The notes: generated by a model from the sequence alone, not told the origin. A stretch of DNA of 64,000 nucleotides from a virus (IMGVR_UViG_3300047317_000139); one strand, 5' to 3'; counted from the stretch's first letter, positions 43,721-54,295 are shown. Made by a program: numbers and translations.

Positions 43721-44047
43721 ATGTCCTACTGCTTCGAGCACGGGATCCCGCACTCGAAGTGGCTGAAGTGGGATGCCGAGGACCGAGCGAAGACCATCGC
43801 CTACGCGATGGAGTCCTCGGCACGTTGTCAGATGTGCGGGACCGCACCGTGGGAGTGGGAGGAGAACAAGTTCGCGTTCACAGCCGTCGATGAGTTCTGT
43901 CAGGGCTGCTATCAGAAGTCCGTGTTCGGGGACACACAGGGCTCGTCACTCCCGGGGACCAATGTCAAACTGATCCCGACCACTCCACAGCTGACCGCCC
44001 AGATGGCTGTGAAGGCCAAGAAGCGACACTCGCTGAAGATGGAGTAG
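43721..44047 (+). CDS. tail assembly chaperone, downstream (-1 frame) part (GT-like)
   Basis: It is in the -1 frame relative to 43257..43694. The frame is open back to the slippery site. Position immediately before the tape measure. Confidence 0.45.
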   Translation: MSYCFEHGIPHSKWLKWDAEDRAKTIAYAMESSARCQMCGTAPWEWEENKFAFTAVDEFCQGCYQKSVFGDTQGSSLPGTNVKLIPTTPQLTAQMAVKAKKRHSLKME

Positions 44048-44050
44048 GAC

Positions 44051-47000
44051 GTGACGGCTCAGCCGGTTGAAGCCAACGTCGTACTGACGAGCGACAACTC
44101 TCAGTACGACCGGGCGATGACCACATCGGCTGGGAACACCGACAACCTGTCGATGTCGGTCGACAACCTCGGCCGCAAGATCAACAACCTCGCCAAGACC
44201 GCCGGCAAGACGCTGATCGGGATCAGCGCTGCCGACGTGGCCACGATCACGGGTGCCACTGCGGCCTGGTCCAGCTACGAGAAGCAGGTGTCTCGGCTGC
44301 AGGCGCAGTCGGCGATCCTGACTCGTACCAACGCCCAGCAGACCCTGGTGATGAAGGACTACACCGCGGCGGTCAAGGGGCTGCGGACCGAGTACGGGAC
44401 TACCACCAGCGAGGCCTCGAAGCTGGTGGAGACCCTGTCCAAGGTCACCAGCATGCGGCAGACCCGGGACCTGCAGGACCTGAGCAAGGTCTTCGTGGAC
44501 ATGTCCCACGCCACCGGTGAGAGCTCCGATGGCCTGGCCTCCTCGCTGACCAACCTGCAGCGAGTGATGGGCACCCCGATCAACTCCAAGAACACTCGGC
44601 AGTACGCCGACCAGTTCACCTACCTGGCTGCCCAGACCAACACTTCGGCCCAGGGCCTGATCGACTTCACCTCCCAGCTGGCTCCGGCCGGGCGGCAGAT
44701 CGGGATCACCTCGAATCAGATGGCCGGGTTCGCCACCGCCTTCGCCAAGGCTGGCCAGGACAGCGGACCTGCAGCCACCGTCTTCACCAAGATCACCACC
44801 GACATCGCGCACTCGATGCAGACCGGGTCTCCGGAGATCGCGCACTACGCCAACATGCTGGGGGTCACCCAGAAGGCGTTCAAGGCGATGTCGGGTGGTG
44901 AGCAGGTCGTCGCGATCCTGCAGAACCTGCAGGACCGGGGCAAGGGCGCTGCCACCGAGCTGAGTCGGCTGGGTCTGGACGGACCTCGTTCGATCCGAGC
45001 GATCCAGGCAGTGCTGCAGCAGGGTGGTCTCGCGGAGTCGATGCAGCTGGCGACGAGTGGCGGGTCCAAGGGCGCTGCTGCTGAGGGTGCTGCTGCCTCC
45101 ACCAAGGGTCTGTCCGACGAGGTCAACAGGCTGACCCAGAACTTCCAGCAGCTGGCCGAGACCATGGGTGGCTACTTCGGGCCGGTCATGGAGAAGTTCC
45201 TCCAAGGCATGAACAAGGCCCTGGAGGTGGTCAACAAGATCGCTGAGGGCCCGATGGGCAAGTTCGTGGCCCTGGTCATGACCGTGGTAGCTCCGCTGGC
45301 CAGTGGAGCCGGGATGCTGCTGCTCTTCGCCGGTGCGCTGATGAAGGTGGCTACGGCCTTCGCGGCGTTCCGTTCCAGCGCGGCGTACGGCATCCGCGAG
45401 GGCTTCGCGGGTGGTGGACCACTGGGCTCAGGAGCTGCGGGTCTGCGCGGGCAGCAGCTGGAGCAGGCTGGCACCTGGTTCCAGCGGGCCCAGTATCGCG
45501 GTGGTCAGACTGCTGGCAGCCTGGCTTCCAGTGCGTTGGGTGCTGCTCGTGGGGGATGGCAGACCGCGCGAGGCTGGGCTGACCCGAACTACACCCCGGG
45601 ACCGCCGCGGAGCGCGCTGTCCTACATGGCTGGCGGACTGGGTCGTGGGATCGACATGTTCCTGACCCCGACCTTCGACCAGATGCGGTACGCCGACCCG
45701 ACCAAGCGCGAGCGCAGCCGGTTCTGGCAGCGGACCCAGATGGGACAGAGCGCGGCTGTCTCCGACGCCGCGGCCACCGCTGACGCGGCCAGGGAGCGAG
45801 CGCGCACTGCTGGCGCGGTCTACCAGTCGATGCTGGGCTCGCAGGGCGCGAGCGCTGATCAGACCGAGCAGGCTCGGCGGGACATGCACCGGGCCAACCA
45901 GGAGGCGCTGTCGACCACGCGAGCCTCGGTCGCTGCTCAGAAGGACCAGATCGCGACGGTTCAGCGGCTGAACCAGGAGACCGGCAACACCACCACCGGG
46001 TTCCGCCGGCTCGCCCAGTCCGCTGGCGGGTTCGCGGCTGGTGCCGGCGGCGGAGTCCTGGGAGCTGGCCGGGCGGGGCTCAGCGCCCTGGCGCGTTCCC
46101 CGATCGCTGGGAACATCGCGTTCGGGCTGGGTGGGGCGGCACTAGGGGCTGCTGGCGTCCAGTCGCAGGCGCTGATGTTCGGTGCGATGGGCGGGATGAT
46201 GGGCGGGGCTCCGGGTGCTGTCGCCGGTGGCGTGATCGGGGCGGCTCTGGACGCTCGGCAGCGGACCCAGAACTTCAACCAGATCGTGGCTGCTCGGCAG
46301 CAGGCACTGAGGGAGGGTCTCCCGTCCGGGATCCTCTCCGCGAACCAGGCTGCGACGTCGGAGTTCCAGCCGTACCAGCAGTACCAGCAGGAGAGCATCT
46401 GGGGTCGGCTCACTCATCCGGGGTCGATCGTCGGGAACGTCGGACGAGGGTTGGGCTCCGCCTGGCAGTTCGCCAGTGGCGGCGGCGACGCCTACAAGAC
46501 CAGGCAGGACCAGGCCGACGCGGCCAAGACGCAGTCCACAGCCCTGATCGGCGCGTTGACCGACGTCTCGCGGCGGCAGGGCGTGTCGCTGAAGGGCATC
46601 GACCCCACCACCCAGTCCGGCATGGCCAAGCTGGACGAGGTCACCAACAAGCTCGCTCCGACCATGGAGAAGCTGGGGATCACCACCGACGACATCGTCA
46701 AGGCCTACCAGGGTCGAGGCACCTCGGGTGGAGCGCAGACCTGGAAGACCATGATGGGGAACCTGGTCAGCCCGGACCAGGCACTGGGGTACATCAGCGC
46801 AGCAGGGGGCACGGCTGCTGGCGCGGCGATGGCAGACTCCGCGTCGGCTCGTCGGTCGATCCGGCTCCAGGAGGACGTCGGGGCCTTCTACAACGCCACC
46901 AGCGACATCTTCAGCAAGCTGCACAAGCAGGGGCTGACCGACCAGCAGATCATGGCCTCGACCGAGAAGGCGCAGGCCCGGATCGGAGACGAGAACAGCC

Positions 47001-49744
47001 GCTCCTACGAGCTGCAGATGGCGGTCTCCCAGAAGGCCCAGCAGAACATCCAGATGCAGATGCCGCTGATGACCCGGGCCCAGCAGTTCCAGGCCACCAT
47101 CGGTCAGATGAACGCGCTGAGTGGGATCACTCCGCGCACCCAGGAGCAGGCTGCCCAGCTGGAGCAGCAGAAGACGGCCACCGCCCAGGGGTTCGTCGAC
47201 CAGGCGTCCTACTTCAAGCAGCTGCTGCTGATGCAGGACCAGTACGAGATCCAGCGAACCCGGGCCCAGCAGGACTACAGCCTGCAGCGCTCCTACCAGG
47301 AGCACGACTACCAGCTCCAGCGCTCCCGGCAGGAGTACCAGTTTCACCTCTCCCAGAACCGAGCCACAGCGGACTACTACCGGAGCGTGCGTCGGGCGCA
47401 GTACGACTTCAACCTGCAGCGCAGCCGGAGCGAGGCCGACTACCAGCACTCGGTGTCGGTCCAGGCCAAGCAGATGGCGCAGAGCGTCTACGACATCTAC
47501 TCCAGGGTGCAGGTACAGCGGACCAGTTCGGCCTCACAGATCCTGAGCAACGCTGCTGACCAGCTCCAGCGGATGCGCCAGCAGGAGTCGGACCTGCAGC
47601 GACTCCGGGCCATGGGTGCCTCGGACTCCATGATCCAGCAGATGAAGTTCACCGACCCCCAGAACCAGCAGCAGCTGGCTCGGTTCCTGACCGAGGCCAC
47701 TCCGCGGGTGATCAGGCAGTTCAACCAGGTGGCCGGGTCTCTGCGAGAGGGTGCGGCCAAGGCACTGGCGACTGACCCGTCCTCGCTGGACTGGCAGGAG
47801 CAGCAGCGCTCGCATCGGCTCCAGATGCAGCGGTCTCGGCAGGACTTCCAGCGCCAGCTGGAGCTCGGTCACGAGGACTTCGCGCGCTCGCTGAGCCGGC
47901 AGCGCAAGGACTTCAACCTGATGATGGACCAGCAGGCCACCGACTTCAGCACCCAGATGGGACGCCAGGCGGACGCCTACCAGCTGTCCATGCAGCGCTC
48001 AGCTCAGGACCTGGCCAACGTCGGCAAGGAGATCGACGGGAACTTCGAGAGCACCTTGGTCCAGGCCACGAAGCGGCTGTCTGGACACGCGCAGGCGCAG
48101 GCCGCGGCAGTGCTGAAGTCCTTCACGACCCTGAAGTCCTCCACCAGCGCCCAGGCAGTGGCCACCATGAAGGACCTGGCCTCGATCTTCGGGTTCAAGT
48201 ACCAGGCTCCGGCTGGCATCAACACCACTCCGGTCTCGACTCCCCGGGGTACCCAGGACATGTCGTTGCACGGCACGGGTGGCCACGTCGTGGGTGGCAA
48301 CGCCGAAGGTGGGATCGTCCCCGGCTGGTCCCCAGGCCGTGACGACAAGATGGTCCCGCTCTCCGGTGGCGAGGCGATCATGCGTCCGGAGTGGGCTCGC
48401 GCGATGGGTGGAGCGGCGATCGACGCGATGAACCACGCTGCCAAGCACGGCGGACTCGCGGCCGGCGGGATCTACCGGCCGATCAAGGAGCCGGTGTCGC
48501 GTGGTCTGCACGACCAGTTCACCGGGTACAGCGCAGTCGACTTCGCAGCTCCGGTGGGCATGCCGGTCTACGCAGTGGCTGGTGGCCGGATCTCTCGGTC
48601 CTACGACATCCCTGGTCCGCTGCCCAGTGACAGCTACCACGACCCCAAGTACGGCCCGTACGGCTCCTACGGGCGGGTGATGTACCTGAAGACCGACATG
48701 GGTCCTGAGGTGCTGTACGCGCACCTGTCCAAGCGCGGTTTCGGCCAGGGAGCCATGGTGAGCGCCGGCCAGCCGATCGGGCTCTCGGGCTCAGCTGGTA
48801 ACTCCTCCGGCCCGCACCTGCACTTCGGTGACAACGACGGGAACCCGTACGAGTTCATCACCGGTGCTGGTCGCGGGGCTGGCACCATCAACGGCTTCGT
48901 GGGCGGTCAGGTAGCGAGCACTCGGGCCCAGCTGAGGAAGGTCTTCAAGAGGCTCTATCCTGACGCTGAGAGGGCGGCGTGGGACATGCAGGGCGTGCAC
49001 CCGCTGAACCCTGGCGACATCTCCTCGGTGATCAACCAGATGGGCCGCGACGTCGTGCGGAGGATCCGCCAGGACTCCACCGACACTGCAGGTGTCGGGG
49101 CGACCAACCTGGGCCGCGCTCCATCCGGGAACCTGTCCAACGAGGCGATCGTGCACACCGCGGCGAACCGGATGGGTTGGGGCAAGGAGTGGAGCGCGCT
49201 GCGTCAGATCGTGATGCACGAGTCCGGGTTCAACAACACCGCCCAGAACCCGAACAGCACGGCGTACGGGATGTTCCAGTTCCTGGACTCGACCTGGGGC
49301 AACTACGGAGGTCACAAGACCTCTGACCCGTGGCTGCAGGCCAAGTACGGGATGAACTACATCAGGGACCGGTACAACGACCCGAACGGGGCCTGGAACT
49401 TCTGGCAGTCCCACAACTGGTACGGCGACGGCTCGGTGTTCACCAGCCCGAACATGATCGGGGTCGGGGAGAAGGGCCCCGAGGCGGTGATCCCTCTCAA
49501 CGACCGAGGCGGGGAGTTCCTGACCAAGGCGATGATGGGTGTGGACGCGCGTCGGATCGGGATGAGCAGCACTCCGGTGGGTGGCGGGCTGCATGTCTTC
49601 AACACCCGGATCGACAAGTCCACCAACTTCACCGGCCCGATCACGGTCCAGGCCAACGACCCCAACGAGCTGCTGAACAAGCTGCAGGCTCGCCAGCGGG
49701 TGATGGCCCTGAGCCGGCCATCCCTGACAGGATCAGCTGCATGA
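44051..49744 (+). CDS. tape measure protein (1897 aa) with C-terminal M23 peptidase and lytic transglycosylase-like domains
   Basis: Huge Gln/Ala-rich helical protein. It carries an M23 motif (VDFAAPVGMPVYAVAGGRI...GPHLHFGD) and an SLT-like motif (HESGFNNTAQNPNSTAYGMFQFLDSTWGNYGG). Confidence 0.85.
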   Translation: MTAQPVEANVVLTSDNSQYDRAMTTSAGNTDNLSMSVDNLGRKINNLAKTAGKTLIGISAADVATITGATAAWSSYEKQVSRLQAQSAILTRTNAQQTLVMKDYTAAVKGLRTEYGTTTSEASKLVETLSKVTSMRQTRDLQDLSKVFVDMSHATGESSDGLASSLTNLQRVMGTPINSKNTRQYADQFTYLAAQTNTSAQGLIDFTSQLAPAGRQIGITSNQMAGFATAFAKAGQDSGPAATVFTKITTDIAHSMQTGSPEIAHYANMLGVTQKAFKAMSGGEQVVAILQNLQDRGKGAATELSRLGLDGPRSIRAIQAVLQQGGLAESMQLATSGGSKGAAAEGAAASTKGLSDEVNRLTQNFQQLAETMGGYFGPVMEKFLQGMNKALEVVNKIAEGPMGKFVALVMTVVAPLASGAGMLLLFAGALMKVATAFAAFRSSAAYGIREGFAGGGPLGSGAAGLRGQQLEQAGTWFQRAQYRGGQTAGSLASSALGAARGGWQTARGWADPNYTPGPPRSALSYMAGGLGRGIDMFLTPTFDQMRYADPTKRERSRFWQRTQMGQSAAVSDAAATADAARERARTAGAVYQSMLGSQGASADQTEQARRDMHRANQEALSTTRASVAAQKDQIATVQRLNQETGNTTTGFRRLAQSAGGFAAGAGGGVLGAGRAGLSALARSPIAGNIAFGLGGAALGAAGVQSQALMFGAMGGMMGGAPGAVAGGVIGAALDARQRTQNFNQIVAARQQALREGLPSGILSANQAATSEFQPYQQYQQESIWGRLTHPGSIVGNVGRGLGSAWQFASGGGDAYKTRQDQADAAKTQSTALIGALTDVSRRQGVSLKGIDPTTQSGMAKLDEVTNKLAPTMEKLGITTDDIVKAYQGRGTSGGAQTWKTMMGNLVSPDQALGYISAAGGTAAGAAMADSASARRSIRLQEDVGAFYNATSDIFSKLHKQGLTDQQIMASTEKAQARIGDENSRSYELQMAVSQKAQQNIQMQMPLMTRAQQFQATIGQMNALSGITPRTQEQAAQLEQQKTATAQGFVDQASYFKQLLLMQDQYEIQRTRAQQDYSLQRSYQEHDYQLQRSRQEYQFHLSQNRATADYYRSVRRAQYDFNLQRSRSEADYQHSVSVQAKQMAQSVYDIYSRVQVQRTSSASQILSNAADQLQRMRQQESDLQRLRAMGASDSMIQQMKFTDPQNQQQLARFLTEATPRVIRQFNQVAGSLREGAAKALATDPSSLDWQEQQRSHRLQMQRSRQDFQRQLELGHEDFARSLSRQRKDFNLMMDQQATDFSTQMGRQADAYQLSMQRSAQDLANVGKEIDGNFESTLVQATKRLSGHAQAQAAAVLKSFTTLKSSTSAQAVATMKDLASIFGFKYQAPAGINTTPVSTPRGTQDMSLHGTGGHVVGGNAEGGIVPGWSPGRDDKMVPLSGGEAIMRPEWARAMGGAAIDAMNHAAKHGGLAAGGIYRPIKEPVSRGLHDQFTGYSAVDFAAPVGMPVYAVAGGRISRSYDIPGPLPSDSYHDPKYGPYGSYGRVMYLKTDMGPEVLYAHLSKRGFGQGAMVSAGQPIGLSGSAGNSSGPHLHFGDNDGNPYEFITGAGRGAGTINGFVGGQVASTRAQLRKVFKRLYPDAERAAWDMQGVHPLNPGDISSVINQMGRDVVRRIRQDSTDTAGVGATNLGRAPSGNLSNEAIVHTAANRMGWGKEWSALRQIVMHESGFNNTAQNPNSTAYGMFQFLDSTWGNYGGHKTSDPWLQAKYGMNYIRDRYNDPNGAWNFWQSHNWYGDGSVFTSPNMIGVGEKGPEAVIPLNDRGGEFLTKAMMGVDARRIGMSSTPVGGGLHVFNTRIDKSTNFTGPITVQANDPNELLNKLQARQRVMALSRPSLTGSAA

Positions 49745-50193
49745 CATCGACGACAGGTCTGGACTACCTGGCTGTCGAGGTCAGCTACGGAACCCGTTGG
49801 GTGAACATCAACAACGGGGAGACCTACAAGATCGCTGCTGACACCACTCGGGACTCCACGGCGAAGACCTGGCGGAAGGTGGTCGCGGAGTCGCCGATCC
49901 TGGGTGGCAACTACCTGATCCACGCGGTCCCGGAGATGGTCCAGGAGCAGATCGGGGTGTGGGTGTACGGGACCACCCAGACAGAGGTGAACGACAACCT
50001 GTTCGGGCTGACCGACCTGTTCGAGCAGTACGACTTCCGGATCAGGTGGACCTTCGACGAGTACCGGGAGTACTGGCGCTGCCAGCTGGCCGACGCCACG
50101 ATGAGCCGGGGCCAAGTCTGGACTCATTCAACTATGGCCAGAGTGGAGTTCGCGGTGCCTCGGTACCCCGACATCACCACGGAGCAGATCTGA
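49741..50193 (+). CDS. minor tail protein (distal tail protein-like position)
   Basis: ATG overlaps the tape measure stop. First gene after the tape measure. Confidence 0.45.
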   Translation: MTSTTGLDYLAVEVSYGTRWVNINNGETYKIAADTTRDSTAKTWRKVVAESPILGGNYLIHAVPEMVQEQIGVWVYGTTQTEVNDNLFGLTDLFEQYDFRIRWTFDEYREYWRCQLADATMSRGQVWTHSTMARVEFAVPRYPDITTEQI

Positions 50194-50633
50194 TGTCCGG
50201 CCGGCTCACGGTGTGGGGAGCCAGCCAGCTCCTCACCACCTACTTCACGATGGCCACCACCCCGCCACCCTCGTTCTGGCTGGCCCTGGTCCGGACTACT
50301 CCACCGGATCCGTACATGTCCGGGAGCGAGCTGGACGAGCCGGACAGCGATGACTACTCCCGGATCGAGATCCCCAACGACCTGGCGAACTGGGCCAACG
50401 ACTCCCAGCCCCAGGAGATCTACAACGTGCTGTCGGCGCAGTACGTCACTGCCACCGCGGACTGGGGACAGATCGGGTACTGGGCGCTCTGCAACGCTCC
50501 GGTGGACGGCTACAACTTCATCGTGGGCTATCTGGACAACCCGCTGCTGGTCTCGACCGGAGACCAGGTGGAGATCTCGGAGGGTGATCTGAGCGTGTCC
50601 CTGGGGCCGTTCTTCCTCGCTGAGGAGGCCTGA
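50193..50633 (+). CDS. minor tail protein
   Basis: ATG overlaps the upstream TGA (TGATG). It is the C-terminal part of table ORF 49959..50633. Confidence 0.45.
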   Translation: MSGRLTVWGASQLLTTYFTMATTPPPSFWLALVRTTPPDPYMSGSELDEPDSDDYSRIEIPNDLANWANDSQPQEIYNVLSAQYVTATADWGQIGYWALCNAPVDGYNFIVGYLDNPLLVSTGDQVEISEGDLSVSLGPFFLAEEA

Positions 50634-51610
50634 TGGCCACTCTCCCCATGGTGCCTGGGAAGACCGAGGCTCAGCTCACCGCACGGGCGCGAGGTCAGCG
50701 GATCCCGCCGGCGCTGCTGAACGTGCCGGGTGGGCTGTACCCACTGATGAGCGCGGCGTACGAGGTCGACGAGTACCGGATCATGTCTGGTTGGCCAGTC
50801 CCGGTTCCGGAGTGCGACATCCGGATCGACTGCCTGGTCTCGGCTGAGGGCGATCTCCTGAGCAACCGGGATGCACCCACTGCCCTGGTCACCACTGCGG
50901 ACATGCGCTGGGTGGCTGACGACTCCTTCTACGACCAGACAGCGTTTCTGTGGGCTCCGATCCAGGGCAGCTCCTCGCCCTGGCAGACCTCGGTCTCCGC
51001 TGCCCCCACTCTGGTCACCGACTACGAGTACACGGTCGGGGACGAGCGGTTCACCTCGATGACCGCCCTGAACTTTGACTCCAACACCGGCGACTACATG
51101 TGGAACAACCTCGACCTGTACATGGGTGGGGTGACCGGTTACACCGTGCTGATGGTGCTGAGTCCGAACTCGATCTACGGCAACGACGACACGGTCGACA
51201 ACAACGCGCTCTGGGGTCCGGACTCGGTCAGCGGGGCCTGGACGATGTTCACGGTCAAGGACCAGGCGATCTGGATGCGGACCGAGGAGCAGCCGGACCA
51301 GATGGGAGTGGCGATCGGGAACGGACTGGCCAGCACCGCGCTGACCTACGTGGCACTGGTGGTAGGTAGGCCCCAGACGACCCTGTACGCCGCCTCAGGG
51401 CCCTCCAAGGTGCTGCACAAGGCTCTGGCCGCCGGAGCGGCTCCTGAGCCCCTGAGCACCCGTTTCTGGCTGGGGAACGGCCCCTTCCTCGACTCGGCCA
51501 CCATGGACATGGCGTTGCTGGACCTGGGCATCTACGGCAGGCCGCTGAGCCAGGCCGAGGTGGTCTCCGAGATCACCTCTCTGAGCACCGTCTACGGAGG
51601 CGACAGTTGA
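50633..51610 (+). CDS. minor tail / tail-tip protein (325 aa)
   Basis: ORF table; coupled to its neighbours. Confidence 0.45.
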   Translation: MATLPMVPGKTEAQLTARARGQRIPPALLNVPGGLYPLMSAAYEVDEYRIMSGWPVPVPECDIRIDCLVSAEGDLLSNRDAPTALVTTADMRWVADDSFYDQTAFLWAPIQGSSSPWQTSVSAAPTLVTDYEYTVGDERFTSMTALNFDSNTGDYMWNNLDLYMGGVTGYTVLMVLSPNSIYGNDDTVDNNALWGPDSVSGAWTMFTVKDQAIWMRTEEQPDQMGVAIGNGLASTALTYVALVVGRPQTTLYAASGPSKVLHKALAAGAAPEPLSTRFWLGNGPFLDSATMDMALLDLGIYGRPLSQAEVVSEITSLSTVYGGDS

Positions 51611-53859
51611 AGTCCCTGACCGCGTACCCCTCCGAGCAGCAGCCGATGGGCTTCTTCCGGATCTTCGCCACGCCTCCCGGTGGGTACCAGCGCGAGATCA
51701 CCCTGTTCCGGGACGCCCCGACCAAGATCGGCACGGTCTCCACCCAGGACCCGTTCACCGAGGTGACTGCCCAGCTGTCCTTCCCACAGATCACGGTCTT
51801 CGACACCCCGGGCGAGGGCGACCTGGACTGGCTGGTCCCGAACAGCGACATCGACATCGTCTGGCAGAACGTGGGTGGCTACGACTTCCAGTGGCGCTGG
51901 GAGGGCTACATCGCGGCGTACAGCTTCTCGCTGACCGGTACCGAGTCCTCGTTCAACATGGACCTGAAGGGAGCCTTCTACGGTCTGGACGACTACCTGG
52001 CCATTCCGTCCTTCCCGAAGCAGCCGATCCCCTACGAGATCCTGATGGCTCAGGCCTTCGACCAGGACGAGCACCCCGCGCACCTGGGGAAGTTCCGGAT
52101 CCTGTTCCCCGAGGACTGGGACCTGACTGTTCCTCCGTTTAACGACCCGAACTACCTGGTGGCGCTGAAGCCCTGGGGAGTGGCCACCGGACAGCGCTGG
52201 ACCGGGTTCACCTCCAGGTCCACCGGGAGCTGGGAGCCGCTGCTGACCGGTCACGTCCAGTCCCTGCTCACCGTGATGTTCGCGGAGGGTGGGTCGCAGT
52301 GGAGCATCCGGAACCGGGGGCAGCGCCGGCCCGAGCTGTTCCTGCGTCGGATCCCGGACAGCCAGGACGACTCGATCATCGAGATCACCCTGGGTGCGCC
52401 GGGGGTCCAGCTGGACGGGAGCCGTGACTACACCCAACGAGCCGGCGTGATCTACGGAACCGGTACCGACGAGGCTGGGATCGCGTTCTCCAACATCCAG
52501 GTCACTCCAGACGGGAAGACCACCTACTTCGAGCCGTTCGCCTACAACTCGCGGATGTACCCGAGGAAGAACAACCCGAGCTACGACCCGAGGGTGAAGC
52601 CCAAGGAGACCCTGCTCCGGTTCCAGGATGGAGTGGATGAGCTCAGTGCCCTGAAGATCGCGCAGGGCCAGTATCAACGGTTCGCCGAGCCTGGGATCAC
52701 CGGCTCGATCACGCTGACCTCGGACCCGCGCACCTCAGCTGGTGCGCTGATGCCCCGGCTGATGATCCGGGGTGGTCAGACGATCCGGCTGAACGGGCTG
52801 CTGGGAGTCAAGGAGGGGGTGCTGGCTCACGTCACCCAGGTGAACGCGGACTTCGACACTCTGAGTGTGCAGCTGACCTACGACACCAAGTACCGCGACC
52901 AGCTGACTGTGGAGGAGGTGAAGGCCAGGACCCGGGACGCACTGACCCCGATGCGCGCGCTGCAGGTGGGGAAGTACTCCAACACGATCCAGGATCTGGT
53001 GCTGCCGTGGTCCTACAAGGCGGGGTCCGGGATCATCCCCACCGGGGCCAAGGAGTTCTTCGTCGAGAAGCTGCCCAGCACAGCCACCTTCCCGTACGAG
53101 GACTGGACCACGAAGTGGCCGCCGTCGAACCCCAAGTCGAAGCCGTACTACATCGAGCTCACCAAGACCGACCGGGCCAACTCCCTGAACAACTGGAGCT
53201 CCATGAAGCGGGATGGGATCGCCCTGGCTGCGATCCCGATCCGGATGTCCCAGGCGGGCAACATCCGGTCCACCCAGATCGCGGCGTACGACAAGAACGG
53301 CCACGTGCTCCCGGTGAAGTTCCACGTCAGCGTGTACTCCAACTCGGGCGTGGACGCGAAGGCGATGCCCCGGTTCCCGGTCATCCGGACCGACCCGTTG
53401 TTCCCGGACTATCTGCCGGCGCGCAGGGTGGACGGCTCGGTGATCCCGACTACCTACCAGGCGAACCTGACCCCGGCGATGACCCATCCCTTCTACAAGG
53501 GCGGGTGGGAGAGCATCCAGCCGAACGGCACTCACTTCCCCTGGGGTCCCGATGTCCAGCTGACCGCGCAAGGAGCCGATCTGCTGGTCGGGTGGGGGAA
53601 CTACTACGAGCCCGCCGGCTACTCCCCGGGCCGGTTCTCCAAGGGCGCATCCCGGACCGGACTGTTGGATGACGATGCATCCTGGAGCTGGGACCTGAGC
53701 TCGCTGCTGAACCTGGACAAGCCCAAGGACCCCAAGCTCGGGAACCAGAACGAGGAGTACTCGGGGATGCTCTTCGTCATGATCTACTGCGACGATCAGG
53801 ACGATCAGTCTGTGTACTTCATGGGCCGCTTCATAAGGCAGGAGCCTGGTCAGTCATGA
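51607..53859 (+). CDS. tail-tip / receptor-binding-region protein (750 aa)
   Basis: Large beta-rich protein at the distal end of the tail module. The TTG start overlaps the upstream stop. Confidence 0.5.
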   Translation: MKSLTAYPSEQQPMGFFRIFATPPGGYQREITLFRDAPTKIGTVSTQDPFTEVTAQLSFPQITVFDTPGEGDLDWLVPNSDIDIVWQNVGGYDFQWRWEGYIAAYSFSLTGTESSFNMDLKGAFYGLDDYLAIPSFPKQPIPYEILMAQAFDQDEHPAHLGKFRILFPEDWDLTVPPFNDPNYLVALKPWGVATGQRWTGFTSRSTGSWEPLLTGHVQSLLTVMFAEGGSQWSIRNRGQRRPELFLRRIPDSQDDSIIEITLGAPGVQLDGSRDYTQRAGVIYGTGTDEAGIAFSNIQVTPDGKTTYFEPFAYNSRMYPRKNNPSYDPRVKPKETLLRFQDGVDELSALKIAQGQYQRFAEPGITGSITLTSDPRTSAGALMPRLMIRGGQTIRLNGLLGVKEGVLAHVTQVNADFDTLSVQLTYDTKYRDQLTVEEVKARTRDALTPMRALQVGKYSNTIQDLVLPWSYKAGSGIIPTGAKEFFVEKLPSTATFPYEDWTTKWPPSNPKSKPYYIELTKTDRANSLNNWSSMKRDGIALAAIPIRMSQAGNIRSTQIAAYDKNGHVLPVKFHVSVYSNSGVDAKAMPRFPVIRTDPLFPDYLPARRVDGSVIPTTYQANLTPAMTHPFYKGGWESIQPNGTHFPWGPDVQLTAQGADLLVGWGNYYEPAGYSPGRFSKGASRTGLLDDDASWSWDLSSLLNLDKPKDPKLGNQNEEYSGMLFVMIYCDDQDDQSVYFMGRFIRQEPGQS

Positions 53860-54221
53860 GCGACGGCAGCATCACCGATGAGCAGGCCCACCTGTGGCTG
53901 CAGGACATCGCGAACAAGGGCTACGTGAGCCTGCACTACGACAGCCCGGCGCTGGGTGGTGAGGACCGTGCGGAGATCGCTGGTGGTGGGTACCAGCGGG
54001 TCAAGATGAGCTTCTCCCAGCCCAACAACCGGGCGATCTGGTCCCTGGTCGACGCCAGGTACACCGGGCTGCAGCAGACCAAGCTGGTCTACTTCGGGAT
54101 CTGGGACTCCCTGACCCAGGGGATGCTGCGCTCCTACGGTGAGCTCCCGGTGCCGGCGGTGGTGCTGAACGGGAAGGGCTACGTCCTGCACGCTGGCCTG
54201 ATCGCCATCTCCTTCGGCTGA
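53856..54221 (+). CDS. last gene of the + strand structural arm (121 aa)
   Basis: ORF table. It is followed by an AT-richer convergent intergenic zone. Confidence 0.45.
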   Translation: MSDGSITDEQAHLWLQDIANKGYVSLHYDSPALGGEDRAEIAGGGYQRVKMSFSQPNNRAIWSLVDARYTGLQQTKLVYFGIWDSLTQGMLRSYGELPVPAVVLNGKGYVLHAGLIAISFG

Positions 54222-54240
54222 GGTTTATGAACTTTAGGTC

Positions 54241-54263
54241 GGTTTACGAGAATCCTGTAAACC
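54241..54263. repeat. inverted repeat GGTTTAC-N9-GTAAACC in the AT-rich convergent intergenic region
   Basis: Read directly from the sequence. It lies just after the stop of the last + strand gene. Confidence 0.3.
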
Positions 54264-54273
54264 CCTAGAACGC

Positions 54274-54295
54274 AAAAAAGGGCCGTTGAGGGCCC
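54274..54295 (-). terminator. rho-independent terminator for the minus-strand arm (GGGCC-loop-GGCCC hairpin followed by T6 on the minus strand)
   Basis: On the + strand this reads aaaaaaGGGCCgttgagGGCCC. On the minus strand it is a hairpin followed by TTTTTT, just downstream of the minus-strand HNH gene end (54419). Confidence 0.45.
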
